Origin: Angustibacter luteus
GTDB taxonomy: Bacteria > Actinomycetota > Actinomycetes > Actinomycetales > Angustibacteraceae
Assembly (NCBI RefSeq): GCF_039541115.1
Contig: NZ_BAABFP010000008.1
Coordinates: 310,001 to 374,000 of the forward strand
Direction of reading: 5' to 3'
DNA length: 64,000 nucleotides
A program made the position numbers and the translations under genes. Below the pieces are notes generated by a model, which made no database searches, was not told the DNA's origin, and saw nothing but the letters and a program-made list of their open reading frames with translations. Numbering within the stretch: the first letter of the stretch is position 1; the number at the start of each line of letters is the position of its first letter. This document shows positions 38,658 through 48,094 of the stretch, piece by piece.

Positions 38658-39770
38658 ATGACCAGCACCATCAACCCGACCAGCACGACGTTCGACCCGA
38701 GCACGTTCGACCCGACCACGGTCGACGAGGCTCGGATGGAGGAGCTCGCCGGCCGCATCATCACCGACGTCGGCGCGACCGTCAGCGCGGGGCTCGTGTA
38801 CCTCGGCGACCGGCTCGGCCTGTACTCCGGCCTGGCCGAGGGGCCGGCCACCCCGGCCGAGCTCGCCGAGCGGACGGGCACGTCCGTGGTCTACGTGACG
38901 CCGTGGCTGGCCAACCAGGCCGCCGGTGGCTACGTGGAGTACGACGCGGGCAGCGGGCAGTACTCGATGACGCCCGAGCAGGTCCTCGCGTTCGTCATCG
39001 AGGACGGCCCGGCGTTCTTCCCCGGCGCGTTCCAGCTCGCGCTGGCGGTGCTGCGGGACGTCCCGGGGTTCGAGGACCGGTTCCGCAGCGGCGCCGGTTT
39101 CGGCTGGCACGAGCACGATGCCGGGCTCTTCGAGGGGACCGCGCGGTTCTTCCGCCCCGGGTACGTCGCCAACCTCGTCGACTCCTGGCTGCCCGCGCTG
39201 GACGGCGTGGTGCCGGCCCTGCGGGCCGGGGCGGACGTCGCCGACTGGGGCTGCGGCCACGGGGTGTCGACGATCCTGATGGCGCAGGCGTTCGAGCGCT
39301 CGCGGTTCACCGGGAGCGACTACCACGAGGCCTCGATCGTCGCGGCCCGGCGCAAGGCCCTCGAAGCGGGAGTGCAGGACCGGGTGCGGTTCGAGGTGGC
39401 GGATGCCGACTCCGCGCCGTCCACGCAGTACGACCTCATCACCCTCTTCGACTGCCTGCACGACATGGGTGACCCCGCCGCCGCGGCGCGGGCGGCACGG
39501 GCCGCGCTGCGTCCGGACGGCACGCTCATGGTGGTCGAACCTGCTGCGGGAGACCACATCGAGGACAACCTCAACCCCGTCGGGCGTGTCTTCTACGGCG
39601 CCTCGACGCTGGTCTGCACGCCGTCCTCGCTGTCCCAGCCGGGTGCGGCGGCGCTCGGCGCGCAGGCCGGGCCCGCCGTCCTGACCGGTCTGCTGCGGGA
39701 CGCGGGCTTCAGCCGGGTGCGCATCGCCGTGCAGACCCCCGTCAACCTCGTCATCGAAGCCAAGCACTGA
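38658..39770 (+). CDS. Rv2258c-like wHTH-fused class I SAM methyltransferase
   Basis: GDRLGLY, ELA.RTG, VADWGCGHG, FDCLHDM, LGAQAG; GGAGG RBS. Confidence 0.9.
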   Translation: MTSTINPTSTTFDPSTFDPTTVDEARMEELAGRIITDVGATVSAGLVYLGDRLGLYSGLAEGPATPAELAERTGTSVVYVTPWLANQAAGGYVEYDAGSGQYSMTPEQVLAFVIEDGPAFFPGAFQLALAVLRDVPGFEDRFRSGAGFGWHEHDAGLFEGTARFFRPGYVANLVDSWLPALDGVVPALRAGADVADWGCGHGVSTILMAQAFERSRFTGSDYHEASIVAARRKALEAGVQDRVRFEVADADSAPSTQYDLITLFDCLHDMGDPAAAARAARAALRPDGTLMVVEPAAGDHIEDNLNPVGRVFYGASTLVCTPSSLSQPGAAALGAQAGPAVLTGLLRDAGFSRVRIAVQTPVNLVIEAKH

Positions 39771-39781
39771 AGGAGACGATC

Positions 39782-40147
39782 ATGACCACCATCACCACCG
39801 CCGCCCCGGACGTCAGCTCACTCGTGCAGGGCATCGAGGGACGGGACGGCCGCGCCGTCGCCGCCTGGTACGCCCCGGACGCGACGCTCACCGTGGTCGA
39901 CCGGAACCACCCGCCGTCGCAGCCGCAGGTGTTCACGGGCACCGCGCAGATCGCGGCGCTGCTCACGGACGTGTGCTCGCGGGAGATGACGCACGAGGTC
40001 CGCGACCTCGTGGTCACCCCCGACCGGCTCGCCTTCACCGAGCACTGCACCTACGCGGACGGGACCAAGGTGCTGTGCGGCACGGTCGCCACGCTCTCCC
40101 ATGGGTTGATCACCCAGCAGACCGCGCTGCAGGTCTGGGACGAGTAG
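39782..40147 (+). CDS. SnoaL/NTF2-like protein
   Basis: YAPDA, PPSQP, C.R.MTHEV, C.Y.DG.KVLC, C-terminal WDE. Confidence 0.85.
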   Translation: MTTITTAAPDVSSLVQGIEGRDGRAVAAWYAPDATLTVVDRNHPPSQPQVFTGTAQIAALLTDVCSREMTHEVRDLVVTPDRLAFTEHCTYADGTKVLCGTVATLSHGLITQQTALQVWDE

Positions 40148-40283
40148 CCGCCGGCCCGACGCAGACCTGTTGATTCGCAACGGTTGTCCCGTTTGACGCG
40201 CACGCAGCGCACGCGATCAGTAGCGATGCGTAGGAGTTTGACCCGAATGCTTTTCACCACCGCACAAGGCTGGCACCCTCGAT

Positions 40284-40314
40284 GAGGTCCGGCGTCGTCC
40301 TGACGCCGGACCTC
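40284..40314 (+). promoter_or_regulatory. 13-bp perfect hairpin in the leader of the ScyD/ScyE gene
   Basis: gaggtccggcgtc / gacgccggacctc, 5-nt loop, 23 nt before ATG. Confidence 0.55.
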
Positions 40315-40337
40315 GTTGTCCGGCTAGGGGAGCCTCC

Positions 40338-41414
40338 ATGGCACGACGCCTACTCATCGGCAGCACCACCCTCGCGGCCGCCGCCGCGCTCGTCCTCGCG
40401 ACACCCGGCGCGGCCTCCGCGCACTCCCACTCGCACGGCCCGACGGTGACGGTGCTGAACAGCACCGTCGGCGCGCCGTTCCAGCTCGCGTACCGGCACG
40501 GCCTCGTGGTCGCGGACGGCGCGACGTCCACCGTGTCCCGGGTCAACGGCCCGGTGCTCGCCCACGGTCCGACGCCGGGCGAGGTCGCCGGCGTCGCGTT
40601 CGCGCCGGACGGCGCCATGGCCTACACGTCGCTCGACTACACCAACGGCAACGCGACGCTCACCATCACGCGCCAGGGCAAGGCACCGGTGGTGGCGGAC
40701 CTGTCCGGCTTCGAGGCCAGTCACAACCCCGACCAGAACGTCACGTACGGCGTCGACAACCCGAGCCAGTGCGTCCAGGACGCCTTCGAGCCGCTCGGCG
40801 GCGCGACCAGCCAGGGCGGCGTGGACTCGCACGCGTACTCGGTGACCAGCTGGCTGTTCGGTAGCTGGATCGTCGCCGACGCAGGCGGCAACGACCTGCT
40901 GAAGGTCGACCGTTGGGGGCACGTTTCCCTGCTCAAGGTGCTGCCCCGCCAGCCGCTGGTGGTCACGGCAGACATCGCCGCTGGGCTCGGTCTGCCGGAC
41001 TGCGTCGTCGGCGTCACGTACAACTTCGAGCCCGTGCCGACGGACGTCGAGGTCGGGCCCTGGGGGCATCTGTACGTGTCCCTGCTGCCGGGTGGCCCTG
41101 AAGGACCCCAGCTGGGCGCGCGCGGGAGCGTCTACACGGTGAACCCGTTCACGCGGTCGACGCACCGGGTGGCGACCGGCTTCCTCGGCGCGACCAACGT
41201 CGCCGTCGACCACCGCGGCACGGTCTACGTGGCCGAGCTCTTCGGCGGGCAGATCAGCACGATCCAGCACGGCAAGGTGAAGCCGTACGTCCAGCTGCCC
41301 GGGGCACTCGCCGTCGAGCTGGCCGGGGACAAGCTGTTCGCCAGCACGCTCGGCCCGACAGACGAGGAGGGCAACCCCACCGGACCCGGTTCGGTCGTCC
41401 GGATCAACCGCTGA
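40338..41414 (+). CDS. Secreted ScyD/ScyE family beta-propeller protein
   Basis: Signal peptide; ADL..FE..HNPD, DSHAY, VADAGGN, EPVPTDV..GP.G.LYV..L, YVAELFG. Confidence 0.85.
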   Translation: MARRLLIGSTTLAAAAALVLATPGAASAHSHSHGPTVTVLNSTVGAPFQLAYRHGLVVADGATSTVSRVNGPVLAHGPTPGEVAGVAFAPDGAMAYTSLDYTNGNATLTITRQGKAPVVADLSGFEASHNPDQNVTYGVDNPSQCVQDAFEPLGGATSQGGVDSHAYSVTSWLFGSWIVADAGGNDLLKVDRWGHVSLLKVLPRQPLVVTADIAAGLGLPDCVVGVTYNFEPVPTDVEVGPWGHLYVSLLPGGPEGPQLGARGSVYTVNPFTRSTHRVATGFLGATNVAVDHRGTVYVAELFGGQISTIQHGKVKPYVQLPGALAVELAGDKLFASTLGPTDEEGNPTGPGSVVRINR

Positions 41415-42807
41415 TGCGTGGCGGCCCCACCACGGCGAACTGCGCGGTGGGGCCGTCCTGCACCATCCCGCCGGTGTCTGCGGCGTGGAGCTCGAAGCGC
41501 CCGGGCTCGCCGGCGGGCAGGGTGAAGGCGAGCTCCCGGGTCTGGCCGGCCGCCAGCGGAACGCGGGCGAAGCCGACCAGCCGCCGGTCGACGTAGAGCT
41601 GCACGACGTCCTCGCCCCGACGGCCGCCGTCGTTGGTCACCAGCAACCGCGCCTGGACCTGCCCGGCGGCGGGCACCTGGTCGACGTCCACCGTCAGGTC
41701 GCGCAGCGTGAAGCTGGTGTAGGACAGGCCGTGTCCCAGTCCGTAGCGGGTCGTGGGGATCGCGACCGGCAGGTGTCCCGACGGGTTCACCAGGCCACTG
41801 AGGACACCCGCCACCGCCTGGGCTCCGAGCCGTCCGGGGAAGAACGCCTGCACGATGGCCCCCACGCGCCCGACGTACTCCCCCAGGGCGTACGGGCGTC
41901 CGGACAGCAGGACGAGGACGGTCGGCGTGCCTGTGGCCAGCACGGCCTCGACCAGCTCGTGCTGGGCACCCGGTAGCCGCAGGTCGCCCACGTCGCAGCC
42001 CTCGCCCGAGGTGCCGACCCCGAACGGCCCCGAGACGTCGCCCACGGCGAGCACGCAGACGTCGGCGGACGCCGCGAGCGCGGCGGCGGCGGGCACGCCG
42101 CTGACGTCGGCCCGCTCCGCCGAGACGCCTGCGGCACAGCGCATCTGGGCGCGCGGCCACTCCTGGCGCAGCGCCTGGACCAGGGTCTCGACTCGCCGGC
42201 CGGCGCCGACCCGCGCCGGCCCGCGACGGGGGAAGGCGTTGCTCGCGACCAGCGATCGCACCTCGTCGGCGCACGGGCCGACGACTGCGACGGAGGCCGG
42301 AGCGGGCAGCGGCAAGAGGCCGTCGTTCTCCAGCAGCACGATGGACCGCTCGGCCATCCGAGCCGCCAGGGACCGCAGCCACGGCGAGTCGAGGTCCGGC
42401 GCCCGCAGCGGCTGGACGGCATCGGGCTCGCGGCGCCGCGCCGAGACCGCGACCCCGCCGGACTCCAGCCCGGCGGTGTACGCGGCGCCCAGCGTGTCGA
42501 CCAGGTAGGCGTCCTCCCCGAGCGTCTCCTCGGTCCGGCCCCAGCGCGGGTCCCGGCAGACCTCGAGCACCGGGGCCTGCCCCTGGTGCACGCCGACGTC
42601 GGTCATGGACCGCGCGACGGCCGCCGCCAGCTCGTGCACCAGCGCGGGATCGAACGTCGCCGCCCAGCCCAGCGGCGTCGGGAACGCCGTGGCCCGCCAC
42701 GCCGCGAAGCCGGTCAGGCAGTCCGGGGGGACCGGCGCGGGAGCCGGCTGCCAGGCGTCCGGTTCAGCCAGGTCGGCCAGCGCGGTCGCCAGGTCCGTCA
42801 CGGTCAT
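41404..42807 (-). CDS. Internally deleted GH3 beta-xylosidase/glucosidase (probably inactive or degenerate)
   Basis: Retains ATFDP, RDPRWGRTEET.GED, IVLLEND, SGEGCD, GHGLSYT; lacks the KH motif and the nucleophile-Asp segment; 467 aa. Confidence 0.75.
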   Translation of the reverse strand: MTVTDLATALADLAEPDAWQPAPAPVPPDCLTGFAAWRATAFPTPLGWAATFDPALVHELAAAVARSMTDVGVHQGQAPVLEVCRDPRWGRTEETLGEDAYLVDTLGAAYTAGLESGGVAVSARRREPDAVQPLRAPDLDSPWLRSLAARMAERSIVLLENDGLLPLPAPASVAVVGPCADEVRSLVASNAFPRRGPARVGAGRRVETLVQALRQEWPRAQMRCAAGVSAERADVSGVPAAAALAASADVCVLAVGDVSGPFGVGTSGEGCDVGDLRLPGAQHELVEAVLATGTPTVLVLLSGRPYALGEYVGRVGAIVQAFFPGRLGAQAVAGVLSGLVNPSGHLPVAIPTTRYGLGHGLSYTSFTLRDLTVDVDQVPAAGQVQARLLVTNDGGRRGEDVVQLYVDRRLVGFARVPLAAGQTRELAFTLPAGEPGRFELHAADTGGMVQDGPTAQFAVVGPPRISG

Positions 42808-42892
42808 CCTGACCTCCTGTCGCGGCGTCGCTCGGCGGTCCCGTCACCCTCGGGTGGCCGGAAGTCTCGTCCGGTTGACGCAGGGTGTCAAT

Positions 42893-42913
42893 CGTTATCG
42901 ATAACGTTTTCGA
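42893..42913. promoter_or_regulatory. LacI-family operator
   Basis: Overlapping palindromes cgttatcgataacg (42893-42906) and tcgataacgttttcga (42898-42913) between the divergent GH3 and LacI genes. Confidence 0.75.
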
Positions 42914-42930
42914 ACGGATATGGTTTCGCC

Positions 42931-43938
42931 GTGACCACCGCCCGCCGCGTGACCATCCACGACGTCGCCTTCGCCGCCGGCGTGTCCGTCGCCACGGTGT
43001 CGAAGGTGGTCAACGGGCGCTACGGCGTGGCCAGCAGCACCACGGAGCGGGTGCAGGGGGTCATCGACGACCTCGGCTACGAGTCCAGCCTCGTGGCCCG
43101 CACGCTGCGGGCCCGGCGGACCGGCGTGATCGGCATCCTCGTCGCCGACTTCGAGCCGTTCAGCACCGAGCTGCTCAAGGGTGCCGCCCGGGCGGTGCGG
43201 TCCTCCGGCTACGAGCTGGTCGCCTACTCGGCCGGCGGCAGCGGCCTCGAGCAGCCGGGCTGGGAGCGGCGGTACCTGAACCGCCTCAGCGGCACGCTGA
43301 TCGACGGCGCGGTCCTGGTCACCCCGACGGTCGTGGACGTCGGGTACAGCGCCCCCGTCGTCGCGGTCGACCCGCACACCGGTCACCCGGACATGCCCAC
43401 CGTCGTCTCGGACAACCAGGACGGCGCGCTGCTGGCCACCGAGCACCTGATCTCGTTGGGGCACCGCGACATCGGCTTCCTGGCCGGGCGCAGCGACCTC
43501 GAGTCGGCGCAGCGCCGCGAGGCGGGCTTCCGGCAGGCGATGTCGAAGGCCGGCCTGACGGTGAACGAGCACTGGGTGCAGCCCGGCGACTACGAGGCCG
43601 AGCGGGCCGACCCGGCCGCGCACGCCCTGCTGGAGGGCCCGACGCGGCCCACCGCCGTGTTCGCGGCGAACGACCTGTCGGCCATCCAGACGATCACGGT
43701 CGCCCGGTCCCTCGGGCTGCGGGTGCCGCTGGACCTGTCGGTCGTCGGCTTCGACAACATCCCCGAGTCGGCCCTCTGCGACCCGGCGCTGACCACTATC
43801 GACCAGCCGATCCAGGAGATGGGCTTCCAGGCCGTGCACATGCTGCTCGAGCTCATCGGCGGCCGCGCGCTGGACGCGACGCACCTGAGCCTGCCGACCG
43901 CGCTCGTGCAGCGCGGCTCCACCGCTCCCCCGGCCTGA
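42931..43938 (+). CDS. LacI family transcriptional regulator
   Basis: VTIHDVA..AGVSVATVSKV, LGY, HL..LGHR.I, VP.DLSVVGFD; start at GTG 42931. Confidence 0.95.
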   Translation: MTTARRVTIHDVAFAAGVSVATVSKVVNGRYGVASSTTERVQGVIDDLGYESSLVARTLRARRTGVIGILVADFEPFSTELLKGAARAVRSSGYELVAYSAGGSGLEQPGWERRYLNRLSGTLIDGAVLVTPTVVDVGYSAPVVAVDPHTGHPDMPTVVSDNQDGALLATEHLISLGHRDIGFLAGRSDLESAQRREAGFRQAMSKAGLTVNEHWVQPGDYEAERADPAAHALLEGPTRPTAVFAANDLSAIQTITVARSLGLRVPLDLSVVGFDNIPESALCDPALTTIDQPIQEMGFQAVHMLLELIGGRALDATHLSLPTALVQRGSTAPPA

Positions 43939-43979
43939 CTGGCCTGACTGGTCCGACTGCTCTGACTGCTCTGACTGGT
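43935..43979. repeat. Tandem repeat, 5 x 9 bp (CTGACTG(G/C)(C/T))
   Basis: ctgactggc ctgactggt ccgactgct ctgactgct ctgactggt between convergent genes. Confidence 0.85.
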
Positions 43980-43986
43980 CGACCGA

Positions 43987-46900
43987 TCAGTGCCGGCGCT
44001 CGCGCGCGGCCCGGCGCATCCAGCCCCCACCGGCGAGCAGCAGCAGGCCCGCGAGCACCGCGCCCAGCGCGATGCCGCCCGTGTGCGGCAGGAAGGACGG
44101 CTGGTCGCCCACGCCACCCTCGCCACCCCCCGGGGCACTCGACGGAACGTCTCCCCCGCCACCGCCGGAGCCGGTCGTCGGGGTGTCGCCGCCGCCACCG
44201 GTGTCGGTCGGCGTCGGGGTCGTGGTGGTCGGGGTCGGGGTGGGGGTCGGGGTCGGCGTCGGGGGGGCGGCTTCGGTCACCGTCACGGTGACCTCGGTGG
44301 TCGCACACAGCGACAGGTCGTTGCCGGAGCAGCGCGCGTAGCTGAAGGTGTCGACCCCCACGAAGCCGGCGCGGGGGGTGTAGCGGATCCGGCCGTCGTC
44401 CAGCACCGTCGCCGTCCCGAACGAGGGCGCGACCCCGATGCCGCTCGCGGGGATCGGCGGTCCGACCGACGAGGTGGACAACAGCGGTGGCCCCGCGTCT
44501 CCGAAGTCGTTGGCCGTCACGTCGATGTCGATCGGCACGTCCTGCGGGGTGGTCGCCGAGTCGCGGGCGAGCAGCGGCAGGACGGTGACCGTCACGGTGG
44601 TCTCGGCGCACAGCGGGTCGTCCGGCGCGACGCCACCGCCCGGGGTCAGCGAGCAGATGAGGTACGTGAAGGTGTCACGACCGGTGAAGGAGCCGCCGGG
44701 CGTGTAGCGCATCCGGCCGAGCTCGGTCCGCACTCCCCCGTGGGCCGGCGCCTGCACGACGCTCGGCGGTGCCACGTCGCCACGGTCGTTCGCGAGGACG
44801 TCGACGAGCACCGGCTGCCCCGCGAACGTGGAGGCCAGGTCGCCGACCGCGACGGGGTAGACGCGCAGGTCGAGGGTGGTCTCGTCGCACAGGTCGGCGT
44901 CCGGTGCAGGGGCGCAGATCCGGTACGTGAGCTGGTCGTGGCCGGCGAACGTTCCGGTGGGGGCGTACCGCACCTGCCCGGTTGGGCCCACGCTCGCGGT
45001 GCCGTGGTCCGGTCCGCTGACGATCGTCGGGGGACCTGGGGTGCCGAGGTCGTTGGCCCGCACGTCGACCACGGTGCCACCGGTCGCGTCGAGCTCGGCG
45101 ATGTCGAGCCGGGCGATCGGGCTGACCTCCAGCAGCACCTCGGCGGTGTCGCACTCAGCGGGGGCGGCGTCACGGCAGGCCTGCACCTGCGCGCTGTCGC
45201 GGCCGGAGAAGTCCTGTGGCGGCTGGTAGCTGATCAGGGGACCACTCACCGTGAGGGTGCCCTGCGCCGGTTCGCGGAGGACCGTGAAGGTCAGTCCAGC
45301 GGGATCCTCCGACGGCTCGATGAACCCGAGCACCGGCACGCCGGCACTGGTGGACAGCACCTGGTCGTCGATGACCAGTGGTGGCGTCGGCGGCGGCCCT
45401 GCGACGACCTCGACGGTGACCGACGTCTGCCCGCAGGCGGTGCCGTCCGGGCTGCACACCTCGTACTGGAACGTGTCCGTGCCGGTGAAGCCGGCCTCGG
45501 GCGTGTACCGGATCACCCCGGGCTGGCCGTCGACCGGCTCGGCGGTGCCGTGCGCCGGTCCTGCGCCGACCACGGTGGGCGGGTCGACGTCCCCGATGTC
45601 GTTGGCGCTCACCGGGATGTCGACCGCGGTGTCGACGTCGGTCTGCGCGACGTCCGGGGCGGTCCGCGGGAAGACGGTGACCTGCACGGCTCCGGCGGCG
45701 CAGGCCAGTGGTATGCCGTTGTCGCAGGCGATCACCGTGAGCTGGTCGCGTCCGGTGAAGTCGCCCGTGGGCTCGTACCGGAAGGCGCCGTTCGGTTGGA
45801 CGGTCGCGGTGCCGTGCAACGGTTCCGTGCCGATCCGGTCGAAGGTCACGCTCTGGCCGGCGTCCGGGTCGGTGGCGGTGAGCGTCGCGTCGACGGCGCT
45901 GCGCGCGGACGTCGTCAGGACCGCGGGGTCGACGGCCGGCGGCCGGTTCGGCCGCGCCTCCACGGTCACGGTCACGTCGGCGGTGGCGCACACGGTCGGG
46001 GCGGTGGGCGCACAGATCGAGTACGTGAAGGCGTCCGAGCCCACGAAACCGGCGTCGGGCGTGTAGACCAGCACGTTGGGGTCGTCGGCGCTGCGGGTGA
46101 CAGTGCCGTTCGCCGGCGGGTCGGCGAGCTGGGGCGGCGACGTCGCACCGAGGTCGTTGGTGGTCACGGCGATCGCGATGGCGGTGTCCTGCGTCGTGCG
46201 GACTGACTCGTCGACGGCCAGCGGGTAGACCACGACGGTGATGGTTCCGGTGTCGCACAGGGACGGCGTCCCGTTGTCGCACCCGGTGACGACGAACGTG
46301 TCCTCACCGACGTAGTCGGCGGTCGGCGTGTACGTCAGCTCGCCGCTGGGCTGCACCGACACCGCGCCGTGGCTCGGCCCGGTGGTCAGGGTCACCGTGA
46401 CGGTCTGGCCCGCGTCCGGGTCGATCGCCGCCGCGGTCGCCGTGATCGGGAAGGTGGCGCGGGTGAACAGCCGCTGGTCCGGGACGACCGGCGGGTGGTT
46501 GAGCGGGGGCGCCGGCTCCACGGTCGTCGCGACGCGGGCGGAGTCTGCACTGCCGTCGTTGTTCGAGGGGTTCGGGTCGGCGGTGCTGGACGTCGACGAG
46601 ACGACGTCCAGGACCTGCCCGGACGACGGTGCGGTGCCGCTGACCGTGAAGGTGAGGCTCTGCCCGGCGGCCACCGTGCCGGGCCGCCAGGTCACCGTGC
46701 CGCCCGAGACCGTGCCGGCGTCCGAGGCGGTGACGCCCGTCAGCCCGCCGCTGACGGTGTCGACGACGACGACGTCCTCGGCGGGCTGGGAGCCGGCGTT
46801 GTGCACGGTCACCGTGTAGGTGGCGGTGGCGCCCGCGGCGACCGAGGCGGGCCCGGTCTTCGAGGTGGCGACGTCAGTGCTGGCCGGTGGACCCGGCTGG

Positions 46901-48000
46901 TTGGCGCAGCCCGGCCAGATCTGGGCGTTCCCCGGGTCCGTCACGGTGCCGGCCACGACGTTGGCGACACTGCCGGCCTGGCTGTCGAAGACCGGGCCGG
47001 TCGGTGTGCGGTCGTCGACGGTGATCGGGGACGTCGGAGCGTCGCCGACGAACACCCCCTGAGTCCGAGTCGTGCCGGCGAACAGGTACTGGCCGAGGCC
47101 GGTGACCGTGTTGTTGTTCTGCAGGTTCAAGCCGATCGTCAGGCCGCTGCTGGTCTGGTTGTAGCGCCCGTTGTTGTTCCAGGTCGACCCACCGGTGCCG
47201 GCCGAGCCGGACGCCCCGCCGACCCGCAGCAGGCCCCCGTTGACCACCGTCTGGCTGTTGTTGTCGAACTGGCCGGTGGTGCGCAGGACGCACGCGTTGG
47301 ACAACCGGCTGCCACCGTTGAACACCATGCCGCCGGTCACCGCGACCGTGCCGGCGTTGGTCAGGACGCCGTTGACGTTGAGCTGGCCGTTCGACGTGAG
47401 CGTCCCCGAGTTGACGATCGTGGAGCCGGCGTTGAGGTTGCCGCCGGCCTGCAGCGTGAGCGTCCCGGCGTTGGTGATCAGCGCCCCGCTCCCGGCGTTC
47501 ATCCCGTTCTGGAAGATGACGGTGCCGTCGGACTCGTTGCGGAGCTCGGCGGAGCCCGAGATGTTGGCGTCGCTGGTGAACGTCAGGGTCCCGTTGTTGA
47601 TGAACAGGAAGCCGTTGTTGACGCCGACCGAGCCGGTCAGCGTGGACCCGCGGTTGTAGACGGCGCCGGAGACGCCGTTGGCCCACTGCGGTCGCAGCTG
47701 GCCGCCCGGCGCGACGCAGATGACAGCGCCGGCCGGGAACGCGTTCACGCCGCCGGCGAACGTGCCGGTGCCCGTGATCAGCAGGACCTGGGTGCTGGTG
47801 AGGTTGAGGGTGTCCGTCACCGTCGTGGAGATGGTGTCCGTGGGGCTGGCGCACGCGTCGGCGTAGCTGCGGGCGGGTGGCGGCACGGCAGTGGCCGGCT
47901 GCACACCGCCGATGCCGAAGCCCGTGGCCGTCGCGCCGACCAGCAGGCCGCCGAACACCGCGACGAGAGCCGCACTCGCCGTCCGTCGTCCGTGCCTCAT
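43987..48000 (-). CDS. Large sortase-anchored surface protein (beta-helix-like N-domain, DUF11, tandem Ig/cadherin-like repeats)
   Basis: Signal peptide; Asn/Gly-rich repeats; DVATSK..YTVTVHN.G DUF11; about 8 repeats with P.HG, YTP..F.G.D.F.Y; PT linker; LPHTG + TM + basic tail. Confidence 0.88.
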   Translation of the reverse strand: MRHGRRTASAALVAVFGGLLVGATATGFGIGGVQPATAVPPPARSYADACASPTDTISTTVTDTLNLTSTQVLLITGTGTFAGGVNAFPAGAVICVAPGGQLRPQWANGVSGAVYNRGSTLTGSVGVNNGFLFINNGTLTFTSDANISGSAELRNESDGTVIFQNGMNAGSGALITNAGTLTLQAGGNLNAGSTIVNSGTLTSNGQLNVNGVLTNAGTVAVTGGMVFNGGSRLSNACVLRTTGQFDNNSQTVVNGGLLRVGGASGSAGTGGSTWNNNGRYNQTSSGLTIGLNLQNNNTVTGLGQYLFAGTTRTQGVFVGDAPTSPITVDDRTPTGPVFDSQAGSVANVVAGTVTDPGNAQIWPGCANQPGPPASTDVATSKTGPASVAAGATATYTVTVHNAGSQPAEDVVVVDTVSGGLTGVTASDAGTVSGGTVTWRPGTVAAGQSLTFTVSGTAPSSGQVLDVVSSTSSTADPNPSNNDGSADSARVATTVEPAPPLNHPPVVPDQRLFTRATFPITATAAAIDPDAGQTVTVTLTTGPSHGAVSVQPSGELTYTPTADYVGEDTFVVTGCDNGTPSLCDTGTITVVVYPLAVDESVRTTQDTAIAIAVTTNDLGATSPPQLADPPANGTVTRSADDPNVLVYTPDAGFVGSDAFTYSICAPTAPTVCATADVTVTVEARPNRPPAVDPAVLTTSARSAVDATLTATDPDAGQSVTFDRIGTEPLHGTATVQPNGAFRYEPTGDFTGRDQLTVIACDNGIPLACAAGAVQVTVFPRTAPDVAQTDVDTAVDIPVSANDIGDVDPPTVVGAGPAHGTAEPVDGQPGVIRYTPEAGFTGTDTFQYEVCSPDGTACGQTSVTVEVVAGPPPTPPLVIDDQVLSTSAGVPVLGFIEPSEDPAGLTFTVLREPAQGTLTVSGPLISYQPPQDFSGRDSAQVQACRDAAPAECDTAEVLLEVSPIARLDIAELDATGGTVVDVRANDLGTPGPPTIVSGPDHGTASVGPTGQVRYAPTGTFAGHDQLTYRICAPAPDADLCDETTLDLRVYPVAVGDLASTFAGQPVLVDVLANDRGDVAPPSVVQAPAHGGVRTELGRMRYTPGGSFTGRDTFTYLICSLTPGGGVAPDDPLCAETTVTVTVLPLLARDSATTPQDVPIDIDVTANDFGDAGPPLLSTSSVGPPIPASGIGVAPSFGTATVLDDGRIRYTPRAGFVGVDTFSYARCSGNDLSLCATTEVTVTVTEAAPPTPTPTPTPTPTTTTPTPTDTGGGGDTPTTGSGGGGGDVPSSAPGGGEGGVGDQPSFLPHTGGIALGAVLAGLLLLAGGGWMRRAARERRH

Positions 48001-48061
48001 CTGCCCCAGCCTGTGCTCGCGCTCGCTGCTCAGCCTCCCCCGTTCAGGGTGAGGGCAGGCG

Positions 48062-48083
48062 CTGTTGACCGCCGGGTCAACAG
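48062..48083. promoter_or_regulatory. Palindrome CTGTTGACC-N4-GGTCAACAG (operator or terminator)
   Basis: Perfect 9-bp IR 62 nt upstream of the surface-protein start and 12 nt after the ClC-like stop. Confidence 0.55.
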
Positions 48084-48094
48084 GGCGATTCAGG

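Noticed and set aside
35355..39767. 1470-aa version of the SARP regulator
   Set aside because: The first ~420 codons are antisense to the methyltransferase; domain content starts at ATG 38501.
40150..40337. Riboswitch upstream of the ScyD/ScyE gene
   Set aside because: Only one simple hairpin and no recognisable aptamer.
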